Source: Octopus sinensis
Lineage: Eukaryota
Direction: 5' to 3'
Assembly: GCF_006345805.1 (NCBI RefSeq)
Contig: NW_021833261.1
Location: 14,258-78,257, forward strand
DNA length: 64,000 bases
Shown piece after piece: positions 12,930 through 26,976 of the stretch. How positions within the stretch are numbered: position 1 is the first letter of the stretch; every line of letters begins with the position of its first letter. Made by a program: the position numbers and the translations under genes. Under the pieces are notes generated by a model. The model saw only the letters and a list, made by a program, of their open reading frames with translations. It had not been told where the DNA came from and searched no databases.

Positions 12930-14490
12930 AAAGTTTCAGATGTCGAACATTAATAGTGGTGATGACGATGGTGACGAACGTTACCTTACCTCAGTTTATG
13001 AGAGACAGGAGTTTCGGCAGAAACTCAGATTGTAACAGCGAAAATGAAGCTGGTCCTTTAAGGGACGGCCTCTCGCTTGGCGGTGGATCAGTAAAGATGC
13101 AGACTGACCACAGCTGTCATTGTAATACAGCATCAGCAGATAATAGAGCAGGGAGGAGGAAGTGGACCAGCGAAGAAAACAGGATAGTGATACAATGCTA
13201 CTTAGAAAGTGAACTTAAAAGAAGGGGCTCTAGAAAACGGATGTTAACACTTTGGGTAGAGAAGGGTATGTTTAAAGTGACTGGATAGAGATTAGTTGAT
13301 CCAGCTAATGCTATTAGGAGGAGAAAGTGGATGACAGAATTGGAAGTAGAAAAGAACACAAGAGAATTAAGAGAACTGGAAAAGAAAGACGTGGCAGTGG
13401 GGAAGACAAACATCAGCATAAGAGATACAGCTCTAACCAAAGAAGAAGAGGAAGATCAGAAGATTTTAGATGCGTTGCCGGATGTAATAAGTAAAGAAGT
13501 AAGAAAAAGAACGCCAGCATTAAAAGACACTAACAGAAGGAAGCTGCTAGAAGTAACCAGGAAAATAGATTCTATTATCAGGAGGATAGATACTAAAAAT
13601 ATAGAAGACACTAACTAATTGGTTTATACAGGAGAGGTTGTAGTCACCAGAAGATTAGATATCTCACAGGGAAAGATTAGAAAAAAAAACAAATGTGGAA
13701 AAGGAGACTATAAAATAAAATGAAGACTTTAAGAGAAGATCAGAGGAGAATAGAAGCCTAGAAAACAAACAAGTTAGGAGAGGCAAGATGTAAATCTTGC
13801 CCCGATGAAAGATACTTAGTCAAAGAGAAAGGATATGGGACAAAAATAGAAGCGTTGAAACAGCGTATCGTAGCGGTAGCAGGCAAGTTCTCCAGATATC
13901 AGAAAAGAATAGATCAGTATCAACAGATTAGAGAATTTGAGACAGACCCGAGGAGATTTTATAACCAAATGAATAATAGAGAATGAAGTACTGAAGACGA
14001 GAAAGCTAAGTTCTGGTGTGATATTTAGGATATGCCAGTCAATCATAATGGAGATGTCGTATGGTTAAAGAAAGTGAGTGAGAAGTAGTCAGACCTAAGA
14101 TTTGTTTTATGTTTGATCCCCCTCAGTTTAGTATTAAGGAAGGCAAAAGCAGGGTATCAGTTCAGAATAGTATTGGAAAAATTACCCATCACGTGGATGA
14201 TCTGAAGCTTTTTAGCTTTTCAGTAAGAATGAAAATGAAATAGATTTCATAACAGGGTAAAGATATAGGCATGGAATTTGGCACAGATAAGCGTGCAATA
14301 TTAGTTATGAGAAGGGGGCAGGTGGTCAACAATGAAGGCATCCAATTATCAGATGGCCAACATTAAAATTATTTGAAAGGAAGAGAGAGTTATAAGTATC
14401 AAGAAGAATTAGAATCTGGCAGAGTTCTAACTACAGAAATGAAAACGAAGCTTAAAAAGGAGTAAATCAGAAGTGTGCGGAATTTAATGA
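12930..14490 (+). mobile_element. Degenerate, internally deleted R4/Dong-like LINE
   Basis: RRKWTSEENRIVIQCY N-terminal motif; VDDLKLF near 14190; many stops. Confidence 0.7.
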
Positions 14491-14568
14491 AGTCAAAGCT
14501 AAAAGGTCCGACTCTACCAGTCGAGATCGGTGGATCGGTGGATGTTCCGATTTAGAAATTTATAGAGG

Positions 14569-15270
14569 ACTAGCTAAGATATCTGGCGTTGCTCGGGATT
14601 CAAATGGCAGAGTTCGTATATATATTACAGTTATGTTGAAACAGGTGATACGGGAAAGGGCATCATTGACAACAAAATATTTGTGGAGTAAATAATGATG
14701 GTCTAATTCAACTAAGTGTCATGTAATACGTCCATTTGGAGGATTCCATGTCAAAGACTATCATGGACAATTGGGAGAGGAAGGAGGTATGTATTTTTTG
14801 AACCCACCGAAAAGTTGTTAGTGGATATACTCGCCTTTGAGACGGTCAGCACTGCGTCTCAGACGACCCCCTCGTATGGTTGACAGTCAAATGAATGGAG
14901 GTAATGGAGATATTGTATTCCGGAAATGGGTACATTCCGGAAATGGGCTGCAATGGGAGACGGCGACGGGGAAGTGAACTGTTGAAATGTTGCAGAAGGC
15001 GAAGGGTTGATATTGGATTTCTGGTGTAGCTGTAGGATTAGAAACATAAAGTGAGCATATGCAGTTATATGAGAATATGTAGTAATGGATCACTTGCATA
15101 AAGAAGGCATAATTGCTTAGCGCGTGGTTTGTATATAGTATGTCTGTATTTTTGTATGCAGTGTAAACTCACGAAATATCAGCAAATGGACGAGATAGGC
15201 TCACTTGTATGGAACCAATAATTTGATGGTAAATGCCACAATAATTATTACAGACAGATAAGGAATTATA
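14569..15270 (+). mobile_element. Possible non-autonomous Helitron-like element
   Basis: Starts ACTAGCTAAGATATCTGGCGTTGCTCGGG, resembling Helitron/DINE-type 5' ends; no coding support. Confidence 0.3.
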
Positions 15271-15459
15271 TATATATATATATATTACTTATATAGGATA
15301 AATTTCTTAATGAAAGGATAAATATGTAATTGTAAATACCTTGCAACCTTACAACGGCTGCGATAATTATTAACTGGAAATGGAACAGTAAACGTGTATC
15401 TTTATATTTACGTTGTACCTTGCCACCTCATTGTCTTTTTTTCAAGAGTTTCCCGTCTA

Positions 15460-16790
15460 GAACTCACGAACATACATTCATGCATGCCAGTCGTTACATA
15501 TGTATATGTATGTGTAGATGTATGTGTATGTTTCATAACGTACGTAAGGCGGAAACATGCATACTCACAGACACATACACACTCATACACTCACAGACAG
15601 ATACACTTATACAAAATGTATCCTCGTCGTCATTGTGGCACAAAATATTCCTGACATACACTCACATACATATACTGAAATAGCCACACAGACATACATT
15701 CACGCATGTCAGGCGTTACGTATGTATATATCTTTGTAGATGTGTGTATGTTTAATAACGTACTTAACACGGAAAGACACATACTATGAGATATATACAC
15801 ACTCATACACTTACACACATACACTCAGAAACAGATACACAGTCATCTACAAAATGTGATGTCGTTGTCGTCGTGGTATAAAATGTCCTGTTGACCTGTT
15901 GACAATAGAAAGATTATCTCTATAAAATGTTATATTGTTTTAATCAAAATGAAAATAAAATTTCGTTTTGATACTGGCCAGCGCTCACATACATATAGTA
16001 AGATAGACACACACCGTCACACATTCACGCATGTCTGTCGTTATATATGTATAGATGTGTGTGTATGTTTAATAACGTATCATTACGTATGTCATATACA
16101 AAATGTGATGTCGTTGTCGTTGTAAAATAAACTGTCCTGTTGACAATAGAAAGATTGCAGCGTGGAAGAGCACACAGAAAGCGTTAGTTTCACTTCAATA
16201 TTTAAATTTCATTTGTATCAAATTATTTTCGTCGCTTTGAAACTGCGACCTGTTCACTGACAAGACTTCGTGCTGCATCTGAGAAAGTAACAGTTAGTTC
16301 ATGATATATATGTGCTCATGCATGTATGTGTGTAGGTATGCATGCATGTATGTATGTACATGTGTAAATGCGCATGCATGCATATACGTATGTGTGAATG
16401 AGCATATACATGTAAATGTATATTTATTTACTGATATGTGTATCTGTTCAAGTATATATAACTGTTACTCCGTCGACAGTTGTGTATATATATATAATGT
16501 TCTGAGCAGATGATCACAGATCAAATCATTTGCTATGCAAGTACATCTCTGTAAACAGAAAGATTATCTCTATGAAATATTATTATTCAATCGAAATGAA
16601 AAGAAAATTCGTATTAACACTGACCAACCCTCACATACATATAGTATGTTTAATAACGTACCTAACGCGGAAAAATACATACACATACACTGTGTGACAT
16701 ATACGCACTTATACACTCAAAAACATACATTCACAGACAGATACACAGTCACGTAGAAAATGTAACGCCGTCGTAGCTAGAATTAAAACT
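15460..16790. repeat. Diverged tandem repeat (at least 4 partial units of 200-330 bp)
   Basis: Recurrent anchors TAATAACGTA, CAGACAGATACAC, ACAAAATGTGATGTCGTTGTCG and AGAAAGATTATCTCTAT. Confidence 0.65.
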
Positions 16791-16901
16791 AAAAGTATAA
16801 AAGTGAAACAATATATCATATAACAATATAGATGTTAGGTTCATAGGTATATATCTACATATATACATATACATGGATACGTATACACACATATACATAC
16901 G

Positions 16902-18169
16902 AGGGGCGTTCAATAAGTAATGCCCCTGACCCACTTCCCATAGCAGTAGAGCAACGAAACTTGGCACAGTTATTAGTCTTTTTCTACATAGGAACCACCC
17001 AGAGTTACGCATTTCACACATCGTTTGATGCAGCTCTGGAGACCATTTTTGTAGAAGATCCCGGCTTGGTCCTCCAACCACGACGTGACTTCAGAAATCA
17101 AGGCTGCATCATCTGGGAAACGCTTTCCTTTCAAAAACAACTTCATGGCTGGGAAGAGATGAAAATTAGAGGGTGCAGGGGGATGAGTTCATAGCCGTAC
17201 GCCTGTGCTTCTGATCTGGCGACACGCGAGTTGTGGACCGGAGCGTTGTCCTAAAGGAAGAGGATGCCTTTGCTGATCTTGCCCCGCCTCTTGATTTTGA
17301 TAGCTTCTCTTAACTTCCTCAAAAGTGAAGCATAATAGGCTCCTGTAATTGTGGCACCCTTTGGCAGGAAATCTGTCATCAGTACTCCGTCCTGGTCCCA
17401 GAAGACTGTGAGCATTACCTTGCCAGCAGAGGGCTGCACCCTTGCCTTCTTTGGAGGAGGTGAGTCATGGTGTGTCCACTGCATTGACTGGGCTTTGGTC
17501 TCTGGATCATAGTGATGGACCCAGGTTTCATCCTGTGTAATCAGTCTTTTGAAAAATTTTGACTCATCTTCTTGGCACATCTCCAAATTCATCCTCGAGC
17601 AATCGACACGTTTTTGCTTCTGGAAAGATGTGAGCAACCTGGGAATCCATCTGGCAGACACCCTTTGCATATGCAAATGGTCATGAATGATAGTTTCCAC
17701 AGACCCGGTACTAATCTTGACCTCATGGGCTATTTGGCGAATAGTTATGCGTCGATCTTCCAAAATGGCAGCCTCAACATGACGGACAGATGCCTCATCA
17801 ATGGCAGAAGGGGGCGACCAGATCTGGGAGCTGTTTCCACAGAGTTCCGACCATGTTTGAATTCACGATGCCAGCGTTTTACAAGGTCATATGATAGGGC
17901 ATCATCACCATAAGTTACTTTCATTTCATCAACAGTTTCCCGTGGTGTGCGTTCTTTCAAATACAAAAACCGGATCACTGCTCGACACTCAACAGGCTCC
18001 ATTTCACACTTGACTCAGTTCAAACACCTGTAAATCAGAAACCACAATTAGTTCAGAGCTGTAATTTGCCACTTATTTTATAAAGATATAAATAATTGTA
18101 CATGCAAAATTTCAGCTAAATCAAATAAATGCAAGTGGGTCAGGAGCATTACTTATTGAACGCCCCTCG
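16902..18169 (-). mobile_element. Full-length mariner (DD34D-type) transposon with inactivated transposase
   Basis: TIRs CGAGGGGCGTTCAATAAGTAATGC at both ends with TA duplication; WIPRLLT, ITQDETWVHHY, KVMLTVFWD; frameshift near 17750 and stop near 17251. Confidence 0.93.
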
Positions 18170-18208
18170 TACATATGTATATACGTACATATACATATGT
18201 ATACATAC

Positions 18209-18271
<63 letters not shown>

Positions 18272-18343
18272 CATATAATCACACACACATGTATATATAT
18301 ATATACACATACATATAATCACACACACATGTATATATATATA

Positions 18344-18879
18344 CAGGGTGTCCCCCAAAAATGTATACACTTGCTGCAACAGTCTGTCATGCCAAGCATT
18401 AGAGAGAACTTTGAACAGGAAGAGTTTTATTTCCAGCAAGATGGGGCACCTCCACACTACCATCGCGATGTTAGATCCTTTCTTGATGGGATCTTGCCAA
18501 ATAGGTGGATTGGACGGAGAGGTTTTGTCGAATACCCTCCACGTTCACCAGACATCACACCACTAGACTTCTTTTTAAGGGGATACCTAAAGGACAAAGT
18601 CTACGCACAGAAACCTGCAACAGTCGTTCAATTGAGGGCAACTATTGAACATGAATGTACGAATATCCCAAGGGAATTGTTCCATGATGTATGCCATTCC
18701 ATCGCTTCGCGTTGTCAGCAGTGTCTGGAGCAGAACGGACATCAGTTTGAGAACATGCGATAACAAGACAATAGAATGATATTTGTAAATTCTTTTACAT
18801 GTTGAAAATTATTCGAATTATAATAAACCCCAAATTTACAATTATTTAAGGTGTGTATACATTTTTTGGGGACACCCTG
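18344..18879 (+). mobile_element. Internally deleted DD41D (rosa/visitor-type) Tc1-mariner element
   Basis: TIRs CAGGGTGTCCCC.AAAAATGTATACAC with TA duplication; 41 residues between the D of QQDGAPPH and the D of TPLDFF. Confidence 0.88.
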
Positions 18880-18892
18880 TATATATGTATAT

Positions 18893-18924
<32 letters not shown>

Positions 18925-18939
18925 ACCCTATACATACAC

Positions 18940-19283
18940 ACGTCCAGACCCCTCCTACGCACTATTAGCTGGTCCTTCAACCCTATTATCAACCCTATTA
19001 TCAACCCTATTATCTCCCCTTATTTCGCTCTCGCGTCTCATGTTTGATCTTTGACCTCTGGCCGAAATCAGATCGCCATGTTGATTCGTTAGCTACTGCA
19101 CGCATTTTTTTTCTCTCCTTCTTTCTGTGTTTTTTTTCTCTCTGTGTATCTTTCTGTTGAAGAGCGTAGGCTCGAAACGTTAAAGACTTGTTTTATTTAT
19201 ATTTCCTGAGCGCCATACTAATACAATTGTTCGTTTGTTTTCCACCTGCCTTCGTCTTTTGTCTATTTTCATAAAGCTTCCCG

Positions 19284-19285
<2 letters not shown>
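18940..19285 (+). mobile_element. Second copy of the 8252-8665 repeat
   Basis: Reverse-complement similarity to 8252-8665. Confidence 0.6.
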
Positions 19286-19338
<53 letters not shown>

Positions 19339-20329
19339 CACAGTGTATTACAAGTAAAACTGTATAACTTACTCTGTCGAATGTTGCACTTTAATTTTTC
19401 CTATTAAAAGTGAAATTGTTTATAACTTACTCCGTCGAAGGTTTCACTCTTATTTTACGAGTTTTGGGACGTAATACGGAACCAGCGCCAGTGCTGCATT
19501 GTTTGAATTCAAAGAAATTACATCTTGACACTCCTGGGGTCTGATAGTATTGCCATGTATAGTTTGATTTGATTCGGTTGAGCTGTTTGAGAATGCATTG
19601 GGACCAGACAGATATACAAAGCATTTTATATATTTATAGATAAATTAGTGGCGGGGAAGAGTGACGATGTTCTTCGGGACGCTCTGAGCGCCGACGAGAA
19701 CGAACTGGTGTGTCTGTTCCGTAGGAGTTTCCGTTCGGGAACTATCGTGGATATTTTCCAGATGTCTTTGGCCTGAAAGTGCTACCAAGCGGCGCTACTA
19801 GTTCGCGATAAACTCTACAGACGAGCTTGTCCGCGGGGCGCGCAGAGTGACGAGACTGTTTGCACGCCCTCGTTCACTGTCTGAGTATTGCTGAGTTATG
19901 TCGAACAGATGGGATGGATCCGTCAGTCGGTCGAGTCTGTAGTGATTATCCCACCGCCGCTCTACTTCAATCGCATAGGTAAAGCAGTTTCTCTCTGCCC
20001 GGTGACTGTGGTGAAAGACGTTGTTTGATGAACAAGGCTGAAAGACATGAGAGAAAGTGAGAGTGGGCAGGGAAGTGCTGTCCTTAAGCGAGTTCCTTTC
20101 ATTGGCCAATTTCACTATTTTTCCAGCAACTTCAGTAATTCTTCTTCATGTCCTTTTTGTCCTCTTGTTTTCCCTTTTTCTCTGCTTTTAGTGCACCCTC
20201 GTTTCCAACTGACACTAGCTAGGTATCTCATTCAGCTTTCGGCTTCAATATGCACGCAGTCTTCCACACTTATCAGTCCCCTTCTTCCATTTGTTCTCTT
20301 CATGTATAGGTGATCAGTGTCTGCCCGCG

Positions 20330-21505
20330 GATGATGGGCTCCATGCATGGTTAGGCGCTTTCTTGACTTAGTTCCTCCTCTGATCACTTGAGGATTCCAG
20401 CGCCATACCAAACTGCTGCCACTGCACGCGACTTTATTGCCGAAATTCTGTTTCTGGCATTCAGTTTTGAAGCAAACATCTTTCTCGCCCGCCTCAGGTA
20501 CTCTCTTTTTGTCTTTTTCCTTTATATCGTGGTGTTTGATTCCATCTACCTCTAGTATTCACAGGTATTTGTAGCTGGATTGAACTTGAATAGCCTTCAT
20601 CATTTCCTTCTGTCCTGTTTTTCCTTTATATCGTGGTGTTTGATTCCATCTACCTCTAGTATTCACAGGTATTTGTAGCTGGATTGAACTTGAATAGCCT
20701 TCATCATTTCCCTTCTGTCCTGACAAGCTTTCCTCGTCTCATCATCCTCGTAGTACATTTTGAGACTCCAAATTCCATCTTAATATCATTGGAGAAAATC
20801 CGCTCAAACTGGACTAGGCAGTCCAGTCCTGCCTCAGTTTTTGAATAGCTTCCATGAATAGCATCCATGAATAGCAAGTGGTTCAGTTTTCCCTTACCCC
20901 TTCCTCATTATGTCTTGTTAGTCATCATCGTGTTCTTGTGATATAGCTCTTCGCATTACTTTTGCTTCATTTGCTGATAAGGCATCTACATTTACACATC
21001 GCTCTACTTCTTCACTGCCGTCTTTCATTTTTCTCTTCTCACTGGGCACGTTATCTGTTGATGAAGTATTATTTCTATATTCTACTTTTCGTTTTATCAC
21101 TTCTCTTTCCATGTCTGTTAACCACCCTTTTACGCTTATTGCTCTTGCCTGGCCGGCTAACCATTGCTCACTTGTTTCGAAGGGTCCTATCTCATTACAT
21201 TTTGCTTTCATTCGTCGTCGGAATCCCCTTCTACTGGGTTCATTCCTGATCCAGCATACAATTACCATTCTGTTTGCCTCATAATCCCACTTTCTCTGCC
21301 TCGCGGTTTATGTACAAGCAGTCTCTGGATGACCACTGGTTTTAGCATGGGTTTTCGTACACTTAGTTTTTATGTGCTTGTTTCCAGTTCGTCTAATTCT
21401 GGGATTTGTTGTATTTGGAATTCACTTAGATATACCTTTGCCTGTTTTGTTACTGAGTATGACGCTTTCTTGTTTCCGTGCTTTAAGACAAGTTTTAACA
21501 TCTAG
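20330..21505 (-). mobile_element. Degenerate R4/Dong-like LINE fragment (N-terminus joined to RT piece)
   Basis: RMVIVCWIRNEPSRRGFRRRM..EQWLAGQARAI motif; SYKYL near 20570; internal ~105-bp tandem duplication at 20518-20712. Confidence 0.6.
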
Positions 21506-23990
21506 TCATCAGAGTTTTTCTAACTCTTTTATGACATTCTGCCGGTCAAGGTTAACGTTAGATGTTTCTGTCATTTTTCCTTTGATAAATGTAGCTTTTG
21601 CACATTTATCGAGGCCAAATTGCATTCTGATGTTATCACTGAATTGTTTAACAATCGTTAGTAAGCCCTTCAGTTGTTGGTCATTTTTTGCAAAGAGCTT
21701 TAAATCATCCATGTAAATGAGATGATTTATATCTTTATAAAACATTTTATATCCGTACTGTGGGTCATTGAGCAATTTTGAGAGAGGTATTATGGCTAAA
21801 CAAAAGAGGAGTGGTGATAGCGAGTCACCCTGGAAAATGCCCTATGAAATTTTTACATCACCAGCAATTAGATATTCATCGTCACTGTTCAAAGTTAGTG
21901 TGGTTCTCCATGACCTCATACTTACAGACAAAAAGTTTCGCAGAGTAGGCAATATTTTATACATTTCCAGGCATTTCTTCATCCAGCTATGTGGTAGGCT
22001 ATCAAAAACCTTTTTATAGTCTATCCAGGTTATTGACAATCTTCTAACATCATCTTATTGATGTGTAGTTGATCTTTACAACCATAGGATCCACGTTTAC
22101 ATCCTTTCTGTCCATTAGGGAATATGCTGCTGTCTGTAAAAAACTATAGGTATATTCAGTCAGGACAGATGTTAGCGTTTTATACATAGCTGTTAAGCAA
22201 GTTATGGGTCTATAGTTTTTTGGTTCATTTCTTTCTTCACTTTTTGGAAGCAGGAATGTTAAACCATTAACTAGCCTAGAAGGCATCCTACTAGGGTGTT
22301 GCAAAACATCGTTGTAAAGTTCTATTAGCAGTTCATGGCTCTCTGGGAAGGCATTCAACCAGAAGTTAAGAATTTTATCCCTTCCTGGAGACTTCTATTT
22401 GCTTGACCTGCTGAAAGTAGATCTTATATCTTCTACCTTGACACCCTCTCACTTTTGCTCCTCTAAGGAGTCCAAGTCTGTAGATATTCTATCAATCTAG
22501 GGGGCCTTTTCGTTGTGTGTTTTTTCTTCTGCCCAAATTTTATTCCAAAATCACTGCACTTCTTCTTTTGATGGTACAGATTTTACAGTAACTGATGTTT
22601 TCCCTATCTTCCTGTAAAAATTCTTGGGGTTATTTTTGAACATGTTGTTGTCCTTGAAGAATCTAACGAGCTTTTCATTCATCGCTATGCGGGCAACTTT
22701 AGCACATACCTTTTGCTTGATGGTTTCTATGGTGGCATCAATATCAAGTATAGTTTGCATATTATATTTTTATCTTTAATTTTGGGGTGTTTTTAGGTTG
22801 GTAGTCTTGTCAACCTTGAGGTTTTTCAAACTTTCAATGTCAGACCTAAGTAGTTTAATTTGTTGTTGGATACGCTCTTGCCAAGAAGGCTTTTTGTGGG
22901 AATGTTACCGTTTTCTAATATTTTCTCCACATAGAATCGTTGAGATTTTCGCGGATGCATAGGACAGGTGGTTGAGATCTGTGATATCAACATCATTAGC
23001 TGAAATTATATCCTTAAGTGCAAGGCGGATTTTACCAATTATTTTCATGTTTTTGTTAGAGTTGCGGATTTTAGGGAGTGTATCGCGTTCATCTATACTG
23101 GTTTCTTTAATTTTCAGCCATTCAATAGTGATTTGATTTTTTTAGCTCATGTAGTTTTGTTGGGTCAATATTTGTGTGACTTTCTTCATCTATTTGATGT
23201 TCATCTGTCTTAGTGTTTATGGTTGGTTCAGGGAGTATTTCACATTGCCTATCAATTATACTAACTCTTTCAATCCTTACTACGTTTTTATCAGCCCTGA
23301 GCTGGTCTATAATTATTTCCTCTGTATTATCTTCTTTAACTACGGCTTCGTTGTTTTTATCCTTTACTGCTTGTCTAATTTGGTCAATCTCTACTTCAGT
23401 CAGTAATTTTTTTTTTATAATGTTTCTTCTGACATTGGCAAGTTTGTTACTGTCTATGTAGGGTCTTACTTCAGGATGTTTCTGTCTCCAGTTTAAGTAT
23501 GCTTGTACAGTATTAGATTTGTCTGTGGGGAAATATATGGCATGGTAGTAGGCCGCAAGAACTTCTTTATTATCATCCCTAGACCATTTTTCATTCTTTT
23601 TCTTTTGGATATTTGATGACGGGTATGGATGGCGATCTGTTGGAATATTCCGGTTGTGAGTTACGTCCAGCTCCTGTGTGTCGGGAAGATTTGAACCGGT
23701 AGCTGATTTTTCAACTCGAATCTGGTTCAATATTCGGGTATGTGGTCTTTTGTAAACCGATTGATGACCATTGCGGTTTGTAATTTGTTTTGCTAACTGT
23801 AAGGCATGACGAGCTTCGACGCTTACATTAGGAGGCGGATCTGTCAGTTTAGGGTCAACTTTTTGCGACAACACTGACTTCGTGTTCTCTGCATGTAAAC
23901 ATTGTTCGTAGCGTAGCTTCTTAAGGCTAGCAGATCCGTATTCGTTTGTTACTTTTTTTATAGATTTATCTCCGAACATAGTTTTTTTTT
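21505..23990 (-). mobile_element. R4/Dong-like LINE, 3'-truncated and disrupted
   Basis: ORF pieces KWSRDDNKEVLAAYY, PKNYRPITCL, WIDYKKVFDSLPH, IYMDDLKLFAK. Confidence 0.88.
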
Positions 23991-24329
23991 GTTGTGTTTT
24001 TTAAACTTATGAAAGGTTCACTCTGTCTGTGTTAGTTCGAAAAAATGAAAATAAAATAAGAAAAACAATGCAAGTTGGCTTTGTTTTTGCATGGTTTGTG
24101 ACACGTTCTTTCGTGTACGTGAGTGTGTATCCTGTAAATTTCACTTAGTGCGTACAATAACTTTGGGATGTATGTGTAGTCCTAAGGGTATCAAAATGTA
24201 TATATGTTTGTATAGACATTCGAGTGTATGCGTAATTACTCAATTTATGTACTATTTTCGTCCGTTTATATTTTATAATTTGTAAACTTTCCGGTGTTGA
24301 TATCGCGTGTGTTTCGCACATGTTTCATT

Positions 24330-24367
24330 GAGACACCCTTATTATTATAATTATTATTATTATTATT

Positions 24368-24429
<62 letters not shown>

Positions 24430-24475
24430 TGTTGCTGTTGCTATTATTACTATCATCATCATCATCATCATCATC
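24330..24475. repeat. Compound trinucleotide microsatellite (TAT)(TGT)(CGT)(CAT)
   Basis: Directly visible. Confidence 0.95.
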
Positions 24476-24614
24476 TCTTTACACAATATTGATATCTATT
24501 AATTATTACTCGTTAATCTAAATTAATAAAACCATTCACCGTGAAATAGTCCCACCACCATTACGAAAAACTCCAAAAAACAACATTGATTTATCTATTT
24601 TCTTCTTCTTACAG

Positions 24615-24845
24615 GAAGATGTCCTTTGGATTTGATTTACAAAACTGTTCTAAGTTCAAACAATCAGTTGGGTGTCTTTAATGTTTCTAATTACAAACAA
24701 TGTCTGCATAAATGCAAAGTAAAACCAAATTGCCGGTCGTTTGACTATTACTTTAATAAGAAAAGATGCCAGTTGTCAACTAAAGATCATACAATATTTC
24801 AGTTGCGTTTTCAAAAGGATTACATTTACACCGAAATAAACAGAG
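24615..24845 (+). CDS. PAN-protein gene A, exon 4 (PAN/Apple-like domain 2)
   Basis: ttcttcttcttacag acceptor, GTAAGG donor, 231 nt, phase 1-1; CLHKCKVKPNCRSFDYYFNKKRCQLS. Confidence 0.85.
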
Positions 24846-24989
24846 GTAAGGGCGTCATTTTCTTGTTTTTATTTATTTATTTTGTTGGAATTATACACAG
24901 TCAGTTGGACGAGATTAGGCACCACCTTCAAAAATATATCGATTGGTTAAGTCTAACTTCATATAAAGGTACGGACACATTACCAAATT

Positions 24990-25320
<331 letters not shown>

Positions 25321-25344
25321 TCATACGTACAGATAACTACTAAA

Positions 25345-25900
25345 TAATCGATGAGCAATAGGGACGAAGATAGCACCAAACCTCCATGCTGTGATGGAAA
25401 ATGTCGGCTCTGCTATACCAGTGTGAAAGATGTCACCCACATCATCAGCAGTTGCGACAAAATGCCTACGAGATTCTACGTGCCCCTGAGGCATGATATA
25501 GTTGCAAAGACTATTTACGATGCTACCCATAGGAAGGACTGCTCGGACGTATAGATCAAAGCCATGTTAGAACCAGCAAGTAATCAGACCTTTTGAAAGC
25601 AAGGAATACTGGTGGAACTCCCCACCCCCTAAAAACATCAGTTCGGTGCAAATATAGCAGACCTGATATTGTTCTGTGGTTCAGGGGAAAAAAGTCATGC
25701 ACTATTGCAGGGGTCAGCTGACCAGCGGATGTGTATGTACAATCAAAAGTCTTAGGAAGATAGAACATTTAAGGCAAACTTACAGCTCTTGTACCCTGAC
25801 CATAAAGTCTCGTTTGCACCTTTCATCAGAAATGCATTAGATTATGTAGCAGAAATTTTGCACATTTGCAGAAAAACCTATAAATACTCGGTTTCACAGA
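25345..25900 (+). mobile_element. RLE LINE 3' fragment (zinc knuckle and endonuclease)
   Basis: CRLCYTSVKDVTHIISSC...RHDIVAK; YSRPDIVLW in a shifted frame. Confidence 0.7.
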
Positions 25901-26976
25901 GAAAGAGCAAAAGAAAAACTGACGCGGATTGTCCAAATCCAATGTTTTAGTGGCACAGTGAAGATTTGTAAAACATTCCCAAACTACTCCATCTGTGATT
26001 CTTATGTGAATAGATGCACACGATTGAGTATGCATCGACAGTCCCACCAACTCAACCACATAATTGCAATCACCGGGAACTCACTCATCTCAAAAACTCT
26101 TGTCCCTTTCTTACCGACTGTATGATTATTGCATTCAGATGGCGGGAATTTTCTCCATTCGCTTCTTGCGTTGAAAGACAATTTGAAACAGCGAAGTGTG
26201 TACAGACACAAAAGTATGCTTCAAACTGCTGACAGACCAATTCTTTTAATAGAACCTGTCTTGAAGTTCGAGAACCAAGTCAAATGTTGTGCCCGGGGAG
26301 ATGGTATTTCTTTTACGACCCTGTCTCTTTGAATCATCCTCAAAACCCAGCAGCAACCGGGGATCTTTATTGAAGAGTGGTGGCGTGAAACGATCTTGTG
26401 CCAGACTTACCTAGAGAAAGGGAATTCATCATCTTTAAAGTACTGCCTGAATCCCTCAACAATGATGACGTTGGCTGCCAAGGAAAATCAATGTTACATT
26501 TACTGATGCTCTGCAAGACAGTACATGGATTCCTCGGTAATGATAGTAAGAAGCCGTTTTAGGGACTCTGATGGATCGGCAAGAACGACGGAGGGAATTA
26601 CTTTTCTACAGGAACCGAAAGTTGTAAATGTCTTGCTTCTATTTATTCCAATTGACACAAATTTTGGACATGGTGCCAATTGAAAATATTTTTTCAGAAA
26701 CATAGACATGTCCAGTATCATAGTTGAAGACACCTCTTTTCCACAGCTCATGTGTGTATGGCGGAGATCTAGCCTCTGTTCGTCTTCCTCTGTGAACATT
26801 CTGTCTATTCTGTGCAGCCTATTTGCCGGAATTCCCTTGGAGTTGCGTTCTTCACCAGACAACTCCAGTTATCTGTGAACAACCTGTTTGGAAGTGTTCT
26901 GTTTATGGTGATAATCGTTCCATGACATGGCTAAGCTCTCTTTATTATTATTATCATTATTATTATTATTATTATC

